Part shown: piece by piece, positions 52,792 through 63,799 of the stretch
Layout of the letters: every line of letters begins with the position of its first letter
How positions within the stretch are numbered: the stretch's first letter is position 1
Assembly (NCBI RefSeq): GCF_006345805.1
Contig: NC_043001.1
Coordinates: 132,370,001 to 132,434,000 of the forward strand
Reading direction: 5' to 3'
Origin: Octopus sinensis
Taxonomy: Eukaryota
DNA: 64,000 bases
Translations under genes and position numbers: made by a program
Notes under the pieces: model-generated
Database searches by the model: none
The model's input: only the letters and a program-made list of their open reading frames with translations
What the model was told of the DNA's origin: nothing

Positions 52792-53025
52792 TTATTTCTT
52801 CACTACCCACAAGGGGCTAAACACAGAGGGGACAAACAAGGACAGACAAACGGATTAAGTCGGTTATATCGACCCCAGTGCATAACTGGTACTTAATTTA
52901 TCGACCCCGAAAGGATGAAAGGTAAAGTCGACCTCGGCAGAATTTGAACTCAGAACGTAATGCCAGACAAAATACGACTATGCATTTCACCCGGCATGCT
53001 AACGTTTCTGCCAGCTCGCCGCCTT
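52792..53025 (-). mobile_element. SINE family B inserted in the RTE LINE
   Basis: Full-length copy; aagaatagga is repeated on both flanks (probable TSD). Confidence 0.9.
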
Positions 53026-53771
53026 AAAAGAATAGGAATGGTGTTTTATTGAAGGAGCCCAAAGACATCTGAAAACGATGGGAGGAACATTTCAATGAAC
53101 TTCTGAATCGACCATCAGTTGTTGATGAAAAAGTATTGATATGGTTCTATAGAATGCACCCAATGAGTGCTTAGTGGAGGAAACAATAAAAGCAGTATCA
53201 AAATTGAACATTGGCAAAGCACTGGGAGTTGATAGCCTGAATGTAGAACTATCTAAGTTTCGGATGTGGGGTACTACTTGCAAGAAATGCTGACCACAGT
53301 AATACAGAGGTTATGGAAAAATGAAGTTATGCCAAAAGACTGGAAGGATGCAATCATGGAAGTTGTGTTCAAGGGTAAGGGACAACAGGATGAATGCCAT
53401 AACTTTCATGGTATTTGCCTGCTTACTACAGCCAGTAAAGTAAACTAGAAGACCACCTATGGTCTAGACATGGTATTTCCAATGCGACAAAGATTAAGGT
53501 ATGCAATATATGTATCTTAACCTCTTTATTGTATGCTTGCAAAACCTGGACTGTGTATTGTAAGCACTTAAAACTTATGGAACATTTTCATCAACAATGT
53601 CTCAGAAGGATTTTGAGGATCAGCTGAAAAACGTTTGTAAGTGCGATGAGGTGCTTGAAAGAAGGAAATGCTTCAGTATTGAAGCTTTGCCATTGCAGTA
53701 CAGATTGAGATGGAGTGGATACTTAGTCAGAATGACAGACAACAGAATGCCTAAATGACTTTTTACAGAGA

Positions 53772-53997
53772 ATTGGCAAGAGGTAAGTGTCCGTCCCACA
53801 TACCAAAGATGAGGTACAAAGATTGTCTGAAGTTGAGATTGAATAAGAAAAAAGATCCAATTGACAACTGGGAAGATTTAGCATATTGGCAAGAGGTAAG
53901 TGTCCGTCCCACATACCAAAGATGAGGTACAAAGATTGTCTGAAGTTGAGATTGAATAAGAAAAAAGATCCAATTGACAACTGGGAAGATTTAGCAT
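53772..53997 (+). repeat. Exact 113 bp tandem duplication inside the RTE
   Basis: 53772-53884 = 53885-53997; junction homology attggcaag / attgccaag. Confidence 0.95.
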
Positions 53998-54449
53998 ATT
54001 GCCAAGAAAAATGGGAAAAAGTTGTGTATGAAGGCAAAAATGAATTTGAAAGGCAAAGAATGGAGCATGCAAAGATCAAAAGAAAGATGAGAAAATGTGA
54101 CAGGAATGATGTTCTAACAATCATTAATGAACGTGATGAATGTGGAAAGATTTGTCTTAGTGAGGTTGGGCTAAAGAGCCATATGAAATCACACTTTGCA
54201 CAACCACACACTGATTATAGATGGACTGATGATTTTGAATGCATACAAAGTGACTTGAAAAAGCATAGTAAAATTCATTGAGCTGAAAAACTATACAAGC
54301 ACCAAGTTTTCTTGGACTAATTGTCAAAAAGCATGCAAGTCTTTGGCAGGCCTCAAAAGCCATATTCGTGCAGCTCATTGATGGTATTCTAGGGCATAAA
54401 GAAATTAGGCAATTTCTACTCAAAATCGAGTTGGCAACCATCATGTGTG

Positions 54450-55607
54450 TACGTATGTATGCATGCATGTCATTATTCAGTTTTATTTCAGAATTTCTTG
54501 CCAATAGAGAAAGAGCTGGTTTCAACATCAACAGGATATTTTTCTATGTACTTATGTATATATTACATTATATAATTAGGGCTTAGTAAAATAAATTACT
54601 TTGCCACATACTGAACTAAGTAGAAATAGCAGCCAAAAAAATTTTTTTTAGCCCTTTCCACTACTTAAAGAAAATTTCTCTCAGATAATGTTTACTCCAG
54701 ACAGCTCACAGCTTCGTGAGCTGTCTGGAGTAAACATTATCTGAGAGAAATTTTCTTTAAGTAGTGGAAAGGGCTACAAAAAATTTTTTTGGCTGCTATT
54801 TCTACTTAGTTCAGTATGTGGCAAAGTAATTTATTTTACTAAGCCCTAATTATATAATGTAATATTTTGAATTCGCCTTAAATGGTCCTTTTACATACTG
54901 AACACTTGGTGAAATTGATTAATTAATTTTACCCTCAATTGTTGATACTTATGTATATATGTAGATTTGTACGTTTTGTACTATGTATGATTATCATGCA
55001 TATACTTGCATGTCTAGACATGCTCATATATGCTTAAATGACAAATTTCTGGAAAGTTTTACAGATTTTTACAGTTCCAGTGATGACTTGGACCTGTTGT
55101 CTTCAAGTCAACTTCCTTCTTTTTGATTTTGAGATGCTTAACTTCTCAAGATTGGTATTTAGGCAGTGTGTTGCATATCCCAGGGCCCCAATAATGACAG
55201 GTATAAACCTGAACTTGTAATTTGGATAGAGTAGCAGTAGATTCCTCAATAGTTCTGCGTAGGTATTTTCTTTTTCACTGATCTTTTATTTTACGTTGAC
55301 ATCCACTGGGCAGCTGATTTCCACAAATGTACACAGTTTCTCTTTTCTAACACAAATCACTATGTCAGGTCTGTTATTTTTACATTTTATTGGGATTTTC
55401 TCTGGGGCGTTCCACCAGTAGTCCTTTTTATTATCAGTGGCTATGGCTTCCATCATATTGTGGGTTCTTATTTCTTTGGCCTTGGGGTCATCCTTCTGAT
55501 AGATCTCATTATACAGTGTCCTAGCTACATCATGTCCCATTCATAGATAATACCATGATGATATTTTCAGACAACTGCTTATGATGTGGTGATATCTTCG
55601 GGGGCTC
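54450..55607 (-). mobile_element. R4/Dong-type RLE element, 3' part with 3'UTR (second subfamily), interrupted at 54564-54945
   Basis: HIISSC..HDVARTLY, YWWN..NNRPDIVI...FVEISCPVDVNV, FIPVIIGALG (PD-(D/E)xK nuclease); the UTR ends aaactgaataatgacatgcatgcatac. Confidence 0.85.
54560..54865. repeat. 306 bp palindrome (150 bp arms, 6 nt spacer, 1 mismatch)
   Basis: Read directly; centre cagctcac-agcttc-gtgagctg. Confidence 0.97.
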
Positions 55608-55667
55608 TGTGTGTGTGTGCATGTGTGTGTGGTGTGTGTGTGTGTGTGTGTGTGTGCATGTGTGTGT

Positions 55668-55706
<39 letters not shown>

Positions 55707-56369
55707 TTATGTATGTATTCATTTATTACAAATGTATAAATACAACCTGATATATGCTGATAAAAACTGCAATCATTAGCATAGCAGTTCTAAAAACTAC
55801 TATTGATAATCATTTCTAAGTAAATGATTAAAATAAAAATAAACCTATAAATTGTTATATATGTTTTACCTTGTCACCTAAATTTATACAAACTGTGCTG
55901 CAGTATTCCTTGAAATCTAGGCAACTTCCAAAATGGATTTATCATATATATATAGGATATATATTACGATATCAGTTAATAAATCTATAGATCTTTTTTT
56001 TAGCTATCATTCATTGCTTTCCACTCTTCCCATCTTTTTCTTTGTCAAATGTTTATATTAGGATTCTTTCTGAAAACCAACTCAATGAAATAATTCTACA
56101 GATATCTTAATTTCTTAGTTAAAGTGTTTGTTTTGTTTAATGATTTTCTTTTTATCTTTTCTTTTTGTCTTGTCTTTTACTCTTTGAAATGGTTTCAGTT
56201 CCTTTATATTTTTTAGCATTTCATACCAGATTTAAAGCCAGTTTTTTTTTTTTCTATTCTTAAGAATTTGTAACACTGAATGTTCAATATACTCTGTTTC
56301 CTTACATCAGGTGAAGCAGCTGCTTAAGTTTTCAGATATAATGTAAATTGAAGACCTTCATTACTCACC

Positions 56370-56400
56370 AGGAAATTTTTCTTTTGAAAGTTTTTAGCAC
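56370..56400 (-). CDS. Candidate micro-exon (31 nt), AKNFQKKNFL or MLKTFKRKIS depending on phase
   Basis: Acceptor ttatttataaacag, donor ctg|gtgagt; two frames open. Confidence 0.45.
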
Positions 56401-57367
56401 TGTTTATAAATAACAGTAATGACAGAGACAGTAAGAGATGGAGAAAAAGAGTTAGAAAAGCATGGGAGGGGTAGGAGAACGAGGGTTACTAGTTTCTTCC
56501 TTATCAGTTTAAAATTTGCACTAAGCTTTACATTAAATTAATGGTATGAGGATAAATAAGAAAAGGTTGTGGAGATAGTGGCTAGTGATGTGAACTATCA
56601 CAGCATCTTATTCAATGACAACAATAAGTAACTTAATGTTTGGCAAGAGTAAATAACATTCCCAGAAAACTTATACGAATATCTTGAGATCACATAAGTC
56701 TTATGCTTGTGTTCATGCATGTGCACACACACACATATATGCTCCTTTATATGCTTGTATGTTTGCAAACAAGAAGAAAGTTGTGAGCAAATCCTTTAAT
56801 AACATTAGTTTACAATTGTTTCGCCTGAATTCAATCTCATGAATATTGCAATATGAAGCAATAATATATACAGGATTCACGAAGTGTCATTGTTAAAGCC
56901 TGTACCAAATTTGATTCTTCAGAATTTTGGATAAAACGAAGGCCTTTATTTTGCATTATATCTGAAAGCTTAAATAGCTGCTTTACCTGATATAAGGAAA
57001 TAGAGAATATTGAATTTTCAATGTTATAAATTCTTAAAATGACTTTTATGCATAATTCTAATGTCAAATTTGGTGCATGTTTTTACAACAACAGCCCATG
57101 AATCAATAGCTGCATATATAGTTGCAAAATATAGCAATATTGATGAGATCGAATTCAAATAAAACAGCTGTAAAATGAAGTAATAAAAGGCTTGCTTATT
57201 CCATTTTTCTTGTTAATAATTGTAAAAAAAAAACTGGATGTTTGTTGGTTTTCAAACGTGTGTTTGATAAAACAAACAATCTCAGGATTATTGTCTGGTA
57301 GCATGTACTCATGAATGAGTATAATAGGGTAAACTCTAGGATTAAAACACAAATGAAATTGCTATAT

Positions 57368-57564
57368 AATGTACAAAGTTTCTCTTTTCTAACACAAATC
57401 ACTATGTCGGGTCTGTTATTTTTACATTTTATTGGGATTTTCTCTGGGGCATTCCACCAGTAGTCCTTTTTATTATCAGTGGCTATGGCTTCCATCATAT
57501 TGGGGGTTCTTATTTCTTTGGCCTTGGGGTCATCCTTCTGATAGATCTCATTATACAGTGTCCT
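57368..57564 (-). repeat. 197 bp duplicate of the internal R4 segment 55326-55522
   Basis: Four substitutions seen by eye; no LINE 3' end. Confidence 0.9.
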
Positions 57565-58387
57565 GTATATGTGGGACGAAGTGGTGAGAAAGAATCTACA
57601 GACACTGAGACACAGAGAGGGGATGACAGAGAGATTAAGACTCCTGGTAGTCTGCTGTGCTTGAAAAGACATGTCAAGCGAAGTAAAAGCATGGTTATCC
57701 TTGCATACAGGCTATCCCCTGTATCACTCTCCAGCTGAGCATTCCTAATTTGGTGAGCTCATAAGTGCTGGTGCCACATAAAATGCTCCAATGCCGGTGC
57801 TGCATAAGAGCACCCAGTACACTCTGTAATGTGGCTGGTATTAAGGAAGGGCATCCAGCCATAGAAAGCATGCCAAAACAAATAGGAAGCCTGAACAGTC
57901 CTTCATCTGGTCAGCTCCTGTCAAACCAAACAACCCATGCCAACATGGAAAACAGATGTTAAATCAAGATATATATATATATATATATATATAATCATTG
58001 TCCGTTTTTTCCATGCTGACATGGGATGGATGGATCAGTGAGCCAGAAAACTGCAGTGACTTCCAGGATCTGTTTTTGCATGATTTCTACAGCTGGATGC
58101 TATTTTCTTTTAAGCCAACCACTTTACAAAGATTAATGGGTGTTTTTTACATGGCACCAGCACTAGGGAGGTTGCCAAGTACTCATAAGACAAGACCTCC
58201 CTCCTCAACTGAGTGAAATACAGTACTGAACATATAATAGAGGACCACGAACAGGTGTCTTGCAGAAGAAGTGATTACATGACTTCTCCAGTTGAAGAGA
58301 GACAAAGAGAGAGAGATGATAGGGGTGTACCCTCAAGATACAAGGTGAATATGGAGAGAAAAAGTAAGGTAAGTCAGTGCACTACTG

Positions 58388-58573
58388 CAGTGCTCCACAA
58401 CCAGTATGCTGCAGCACACTAGTGTGCCATGAAACAATGCTTGGTGTGTCACAGTGTAACCTGAATATAACTTTTGTCCCTATACTTTTACTTATATTCT
58501 TAGTTCAGGTGTGCCACTGAATTTTTAAAAGGATAGAAGTGTAATACAAGTGAAAAATGGTTATGGAGCACTG
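58388..58573. mobile_element. hAT-type MITE
   Basis: TIR CAGTGCTCCACAACC / GGTTATGGAGCACTG; degenerate 8 bp TSD cactactg / cattaatg. Confidence 0.7.
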
Positions 58574-58945
58574 CATTAATGTATGAAGAGTGATTAGAGA
58601 AGAAGGTTGAGGTGGATGCAATGAACTTTAGCCAGCTGAAGAAACTTCAAGAGACATGAAATTAATTGCTTTTAACAATGGAATATAATGTAAATAAATT
58701 TACAAATAACAGTGTGTAAATATTGGGTTAAAATTTCTTTTTACATAAACAGCATACAATTCTTACTGGTAAGAAAATAACTTCTAAAATCAATAGAGAA
58801 ATCGAAAGAATTGCTTTGCAGGTTTGAGTCCCACAGGCAACCATCAAATTATTCTATCCAAAGGGATTTTAATCCCAATATTGACATTTATAGCTTTACT
58901 TCATGTTCAACTATCAGAAATGCTTGTATATATATATATATATGA

Positions 58946-59175
58946 GCGGCGAGCTGTCAGAAACGTTAGCACGCCGGGCGAAATACGTGGCCGTTTTTCG
59001 TCTGCCGTTACGTTCTGAGTTCAAATTCCGCCAAGGTCAACTTTGCCTTTCATCCTTTCGGGGTCGATAAATTAAGTACCAGTTGCACACTGGGGTCGAT
59101 GTAATCGACTTAATCCGTTTGTCTGTCCTTGTTTGTCCTCTCTGTGTTTAGCCCCTTGTGGGTAGTAAAGAAATA
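58946..59175 (+). mobile_element. SINE family B
   Basis: Full-length copy inside (TA)n. Confidence 0.9.
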
Positions 59176-59185
59176 TATATATATA

Positions 59186-59745
59186 TGAGCAAAACGCCCC
59201 CGCCCCCCCGTCCAATGGACAGTGCTGAGTTGTCAAACATTTAAACCAAATTTTCTCAAAACAACTTGTCCGACTGTCTCATAGGTCACTCCTTTAAGAA
59301 ACACTGATTTAAACTAAATTTGAGACAACAGCAAAAGAAAAAATAAAGTTAGACTTTTTTTCAATTCCAAAGAAAAACGATTTTATTCACACAAATATGC
59401 AACCGAAGAGTTTAAAGTACCAGTAATGATAAGGCTGTTGACTGGGAGAACACAAACATGGTTTAAACAGTAAGCTTGTCATGAAAGAAACATGCCTTTA
59501 AGCAGTACAAAAACAACAAAAAGTGGAAGGTGCAGTTATGTACAGGTTTGACAGAAGACAAGCAGGACAAAAATGGCTTTATCGATCGCATTCTCACCTG
59601 GAATCGATTTTTGTAATTTTTTCAAGACTTATACATGTCCTGATATCGTCGGTATCTACATTTCAAATTTGAGCGCAATCAGATGGAGGATGCCCAAGAT
59701 CCGAGGAGACACATACACAGACAGACAGAACAGATTTTATATAAC
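59186..59745 (-). mobile_element. Possible non-autonomous Helitron-like element
   Basis: Minus 5' end tatataaaatctgttctgtctgtctgt; GC-rich subterminal stretch; non-canonical 3' end. Confidence 0.4.
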
Positions 59746-59762
59746 ACATATAAATATGTATG

Positions 59763-59844
<82 letters not shown>

Positions 59845-60482
59845 TATATGTACATATATATATATATATATATATACATATACATAGACATATATATATA
59901 TATACATATATACATATATATACATACATGTATACATATGTATATATATATATGTAAACTAAACTGCCTACCTAGTTGCTCCTTCTCCCATTCAGAGCTG
60001 GCCTTGACAGACATATCCCTGCTATATTCCTGGATAATCTTTTATTTTGTAAAACTACTTCTCATCTGATGATTACAGTCTTTTATAATGATGTAATGTT
60101 TTCATTCTTCTATTAAAAGTTGTAAGAAAGAGCTGTAATGAGCTGAAAATTATCCGTCATATGTTTTTATTCATTTGGCTACAATACACCAAGGGGTTTA
60201 TGACTTGTCGGACACCCTAGAGTATACCAACAATATGCTACTTAAACTTACATGTAATTTGGACCTGCCCCTTAGGTGCTAAATACTTATAGGATTGGTT
60301 TTCTCTATGTACACAAACATCCTAGCTGATATTTCAACTGTCACCAACCATAGGCCAGGTTCACAAATGTTACCCTATCCTATCTGGTGCATACCTTTCC
60401 AGGTACCTGATTCTTCATCTTAATATTTATACACTCCACACACACACACATACATGTAAAAAAAGAAATATATTATGATACG

Positions 60483-60864
60483 TGGAAGCACTCCGTCGGT
60501 TACGACGACGAGGGTTCCGGTTGATCCGATCAACGGAACAGCCTGCTCGTGAAATTAACGTGTAAGTGGCTGAGCACTCCACAGACACGTGTACCCTTAA
60601 CGCAGTTCTCGGGGATATTCAGCGTGACACAGAGAGTGACAAGGCTGGCTCTTTGAAATACAGGTACAACAGAAACAGGAAGTAAGAGTGAGAGAAAGTT
60701 GTGACGAAAGAGTACAGCAGGGATCACCACCATCCCCTGCCGGAGCCTCATGGAGCTTTAGGTATTTTCGCTCAATAAACACTCACAACGCCCGGTCTGG
60801 GAATCGAAACCGCGATCCTATGACCGCGAGTCCGCTGCCCTAACCACTGGGCCATTGCGCCTCC
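60483..60864 (-). mobile_element. SINE family C
   Basis: Full-length reverse copy. Confidence 0.9.
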
Positions 60865-61357
60865 ATTATGATATGTACATCTACAAACACAACATATGTA
60901 AGTATGGGTGTCCTTAGTTTGTGTTGCAGTATGTGCAGAAATATTTCATTATGTTTACTGTAGTGGGAACTACACAAAGAAACAACAGTCGAAAAGCATT
61001 AAAAACTGCGGCACTTTTCCTATCACAAGTACATTGTCTCCTATCGATTTTTCTTTTCTTTTTTTCAAAATATAACAAGATTCATCAATGTTTCTTTTCT
61101 TAATTTGTTTATTTAAAAAGAAAAGAAATTATTTCTAGTCATCTATTTATGCGCATGCTTCCAGCATAGAATTTATTGGAAATTTTTAGACACTTTTAGA
61201 CATTTGACCCAGGACAGAAATTTTGGGAGCTGATATTTTTACTGTTTAGCTGTTCACCTTAATGTTATCAGTTTAACATTGAACTAAGAGTAGCAATTAT
61301 TTTTATTTTCCCTAAGTTTACTGAATTTAATTGCTGCTATGTTCTGTGCTTAGATGT

Positions 61358-61738
61358 GGAGGTGCAATGGCCCAGTGGTTAGGGCAGCGGACTCGCAGTC
61401 GTAGGATCACGGTTTCGATTCCCAGACCGGGCGTTGTGAGTGTTTATTGAGAAAAACACCTAAAGCTCCACGAGGCTCCGGCAGGGGATGGTGGTGATCC
61501 CTGCTGTACTTTTTCACCACAACTTTCTCTCACTCTTACTTCCTGTTTCTGTTGTACCTGTATTTCAAAGGCCGGCCTTGTCACTCTCTTGTGTCACGCT
61601 GAATATCCCTGAGAACTACGTTAAGGGTGCACGTGTCTGTGGAGTGCTCAGCCACTTACACGTTAATTTCACGAGCAGGCTGTTCCGTTGATCGGATCAA
61701 CCGGAACCCTCGTCGTCGTAACCGACGGAGTGCTTCCA
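61358..61738 (+). mobile_element. SINE family C
   Basis: Full-length copy. Confidence 0.9.
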
Positions 61739-61902
61739 TCCAAGGTACAACATAATGCTTGTAGCTGTAGTTTTGAACTCATAACTATGTATTCATTAGC
61801 TTAGTATCTTAAAGTTACAGCCAATATATTTATTAATTATAATACTTTTTTTTAATCAATTATAACACATTTTTTTCATGTAGCACCAGGCAGTTCACTT
61901 AC

Positions 61903-61969
61903 TTTCCTCTTCAGACAAATAAACATCTTTTGTCATTCCCTCATTTCTTAGAATCGATGTATCACATAA
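61903..61969 (-). CDS. Candidate exon (67 nt), LCDTSILRNEGMTKDVYLSEEE
   Basis: Acceptor atatctttcatag, donor aaa|gtaagt; only one of three frames is open (phase 0 to 1). Confidence 0.6.
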
Positions 61970-62659
61970 CTATGAAAGATATTGTTCGTGTAGCCTACTT
62001 GTTAGTAATGTAAAATACATCTCAAGCATTTTTGTAGAAACTTGGAAATATTTGCATTCAAAAACAACACAGTAACACAAACCCTAAGGAATTGATAAAA
62101 ATCAATTGAAACAAATGTAAAATAAAACATTATTTGAAATCTATTTGCATTATTTATTTCCATAGTGTAAATATTTCAAAGTATAATTATCGATTCGTTT
62201 ATCATTGCTGTATCAAACTAATTCTTTGTGATGGCTTTATCTTGGTGACAACCTACATTGTTAGTTGAACATTTAGGTCAGATCTGGAGAATGATTAGGT
62301 GGGAAGGACACATACAGGGACTATGGAAATAGCTATCAAGTAACCAACAGCTTTGCTGTTATAGAACATGGAAAATGGATGCTAAATGACAATGACTAGG
62401 AGGAGGAGGGGGAGGGGGGCCAAGGATGAAGATTGGTGACATGATATGAAACAAGGAAGTTTTTCTGCATTTGCTTTCTGAAAACAACTTCTTTGCTGTG
62501 CTACAATAATTTATTCTAATCAAATACTGAATCCGTCCAGAAGCAAAAGTTTGACTTCCATGTGGTATGTCATAGTTCTCTGAATCAATTTCAGCATATT
62601 ATTGGTACATACTCTAATCAAATATTGCTTCCATTCAATGGTACAAGGCTAGAACTCGA

Positions 62660-63013
62660 CTCCATCGGCCATGAATGGGTGCACCTAAGAGGTTCCCCTC
62701 CAAGGTACAAGTCTGGGCAGAAAGTTGTCTCACCGGCGAATGCACAACTTGGGGTTGTTTTATGGAAGACCAGCAGTCACCCATGCATACCAGCCTCCCC
62801 TCTCCATGCCACCAATGTTATCCAAGGGAAAGTCAAAGGCTAATACAGCTTGGCACCAGTGACATCGCAACTCATTTCTACAGCTGCGTGAACTGGAGCA
62901 ATGTGAAATAAAGTGTCTTGCTCAAGAACACAACACACAGCCCAGTTCAGGAATCGAACTCACAACCGCACAATCATAAGCTCAATGCTCTAACCAATGA
63001 GCCATGCACCTTC
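62660..63013 (-). mobile_element. tRNA-derived SINE family E
   Basis: Head gcatggctcattggttagagc...gagttcgattcc; body gctccagttcac...gccaagctgtat; other copies at 7310-7545 (-) and 33630-33950 (+). Confidence 0.85.
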
Positions 63014-63262
63014 ACACAGGTGCATGTGCAAGGATACCACTATGTAATGTAAAGGTACAAGACTACTGATATGCAATGTAAAGGTATGTAATCAACTAAA
63101 ATGACTTGTACATAAAAGTGGTACTTATTTTATTGATCTCACAAGGGCGAAATGAAAAGTCAAATCCAGTAGGATATTAATTCAGAAATAAAGGAATATA
63201 GCTAAATATTGTTAAGACATTTATTTTCCGACTCTTTTTCTGTGATCTATTTTATCACTTAC

Positions 63263-63414
63263 TCAGAAGAAAATGGAGTAGTCTTGACCCATTCCATGGC
63301 ATCCAAGTCTGTTGAGTGGGTGAGAGGGAGAACGGTATCCACAAACTGGAGATGTGGATTAAATGCTTCCGACAGAATCCTCCACAAAATGTACTCAAGA
63401 ACCAAGTAATTGAG
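63263..63414 (-). CDS. Candidate exon (152 nt), LNYLVLEYILWRILSEAFNPHLQFVDTVLPLTHSTDLDAMEWVKTTPFSS
   Basis: Acceptor cttaattcattgctcagcttag (alternative cag 5 nt upstream), donor ga|gtaagt. 50 open codons in non-repetitive, GC-richer sequence, in frame with the exon 200 nt upstream. Confidence 0.55.
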
Positions 63415-63612
63415 CTAAGCTGAGCAATGAATTAAGTCTATCCCCCACACACATAAAACTACAGTAAGACCTGAACTCAAGAAGCAAAGAGCTGGAACAA
63501 ACACCACAAGTCATTCCATTTGATGTTCCAGCAATTCTGCCAATCCACTGCCCCAGATGTTTTTTCTAACATTCTATCAACTCTATCAGTTCAAATATTA
63601 AACATAACTTAC

Positions 63613-63644
63613 CTGATCTTCAAGTGCACCTTTTTCAGGAAGAT
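63613..63644 (-). CDS. Candidate internal exon (32 nt) of unidentified host gene, (D)LPEKGALEDQ
   Basis: Minus strand acceptor tttctaattgcag and donor cag|gtaagt; open in the phase 1 to 0 frame. Product not recognised. Confidence 0.6.
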
Positions 63645-63684
63645 CTGCAATTAGAAACAACTTGTTTTTAAATACCTTTATTAT

Positions 63685-63685
63685 T

Positions 63686-63762
<77 letters not shown>

Positions 63763-63784
63763 TATTATTATTATTATTATTATT
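63685..63784 (+). repeat. Compound (GTC)n(ATC)n(ATT)n microsatellite
   Basis: Direct reading. Confidence 0.97.
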
Positions 63785-63799
63785 CAGTAGTTTATTATA

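Larger units (their letters stand above)
51330..54440 (+). mobile_element. Decayed RTE-clade LINE (APE endonuclease, partial RT, C-terminal C2H2 fingers)
   Basis: DIVALSETR, VSVYAPT, IILGDFNARVG, TTWMHP (APE); PKDWKDA..FKGKG..C.NFHGICLL; LRWSGYLVRM; CGKICLSEVGLKSHMKSH. Many stops and frameshifts; RT core deleted near 53446. Confidence 0.9.
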
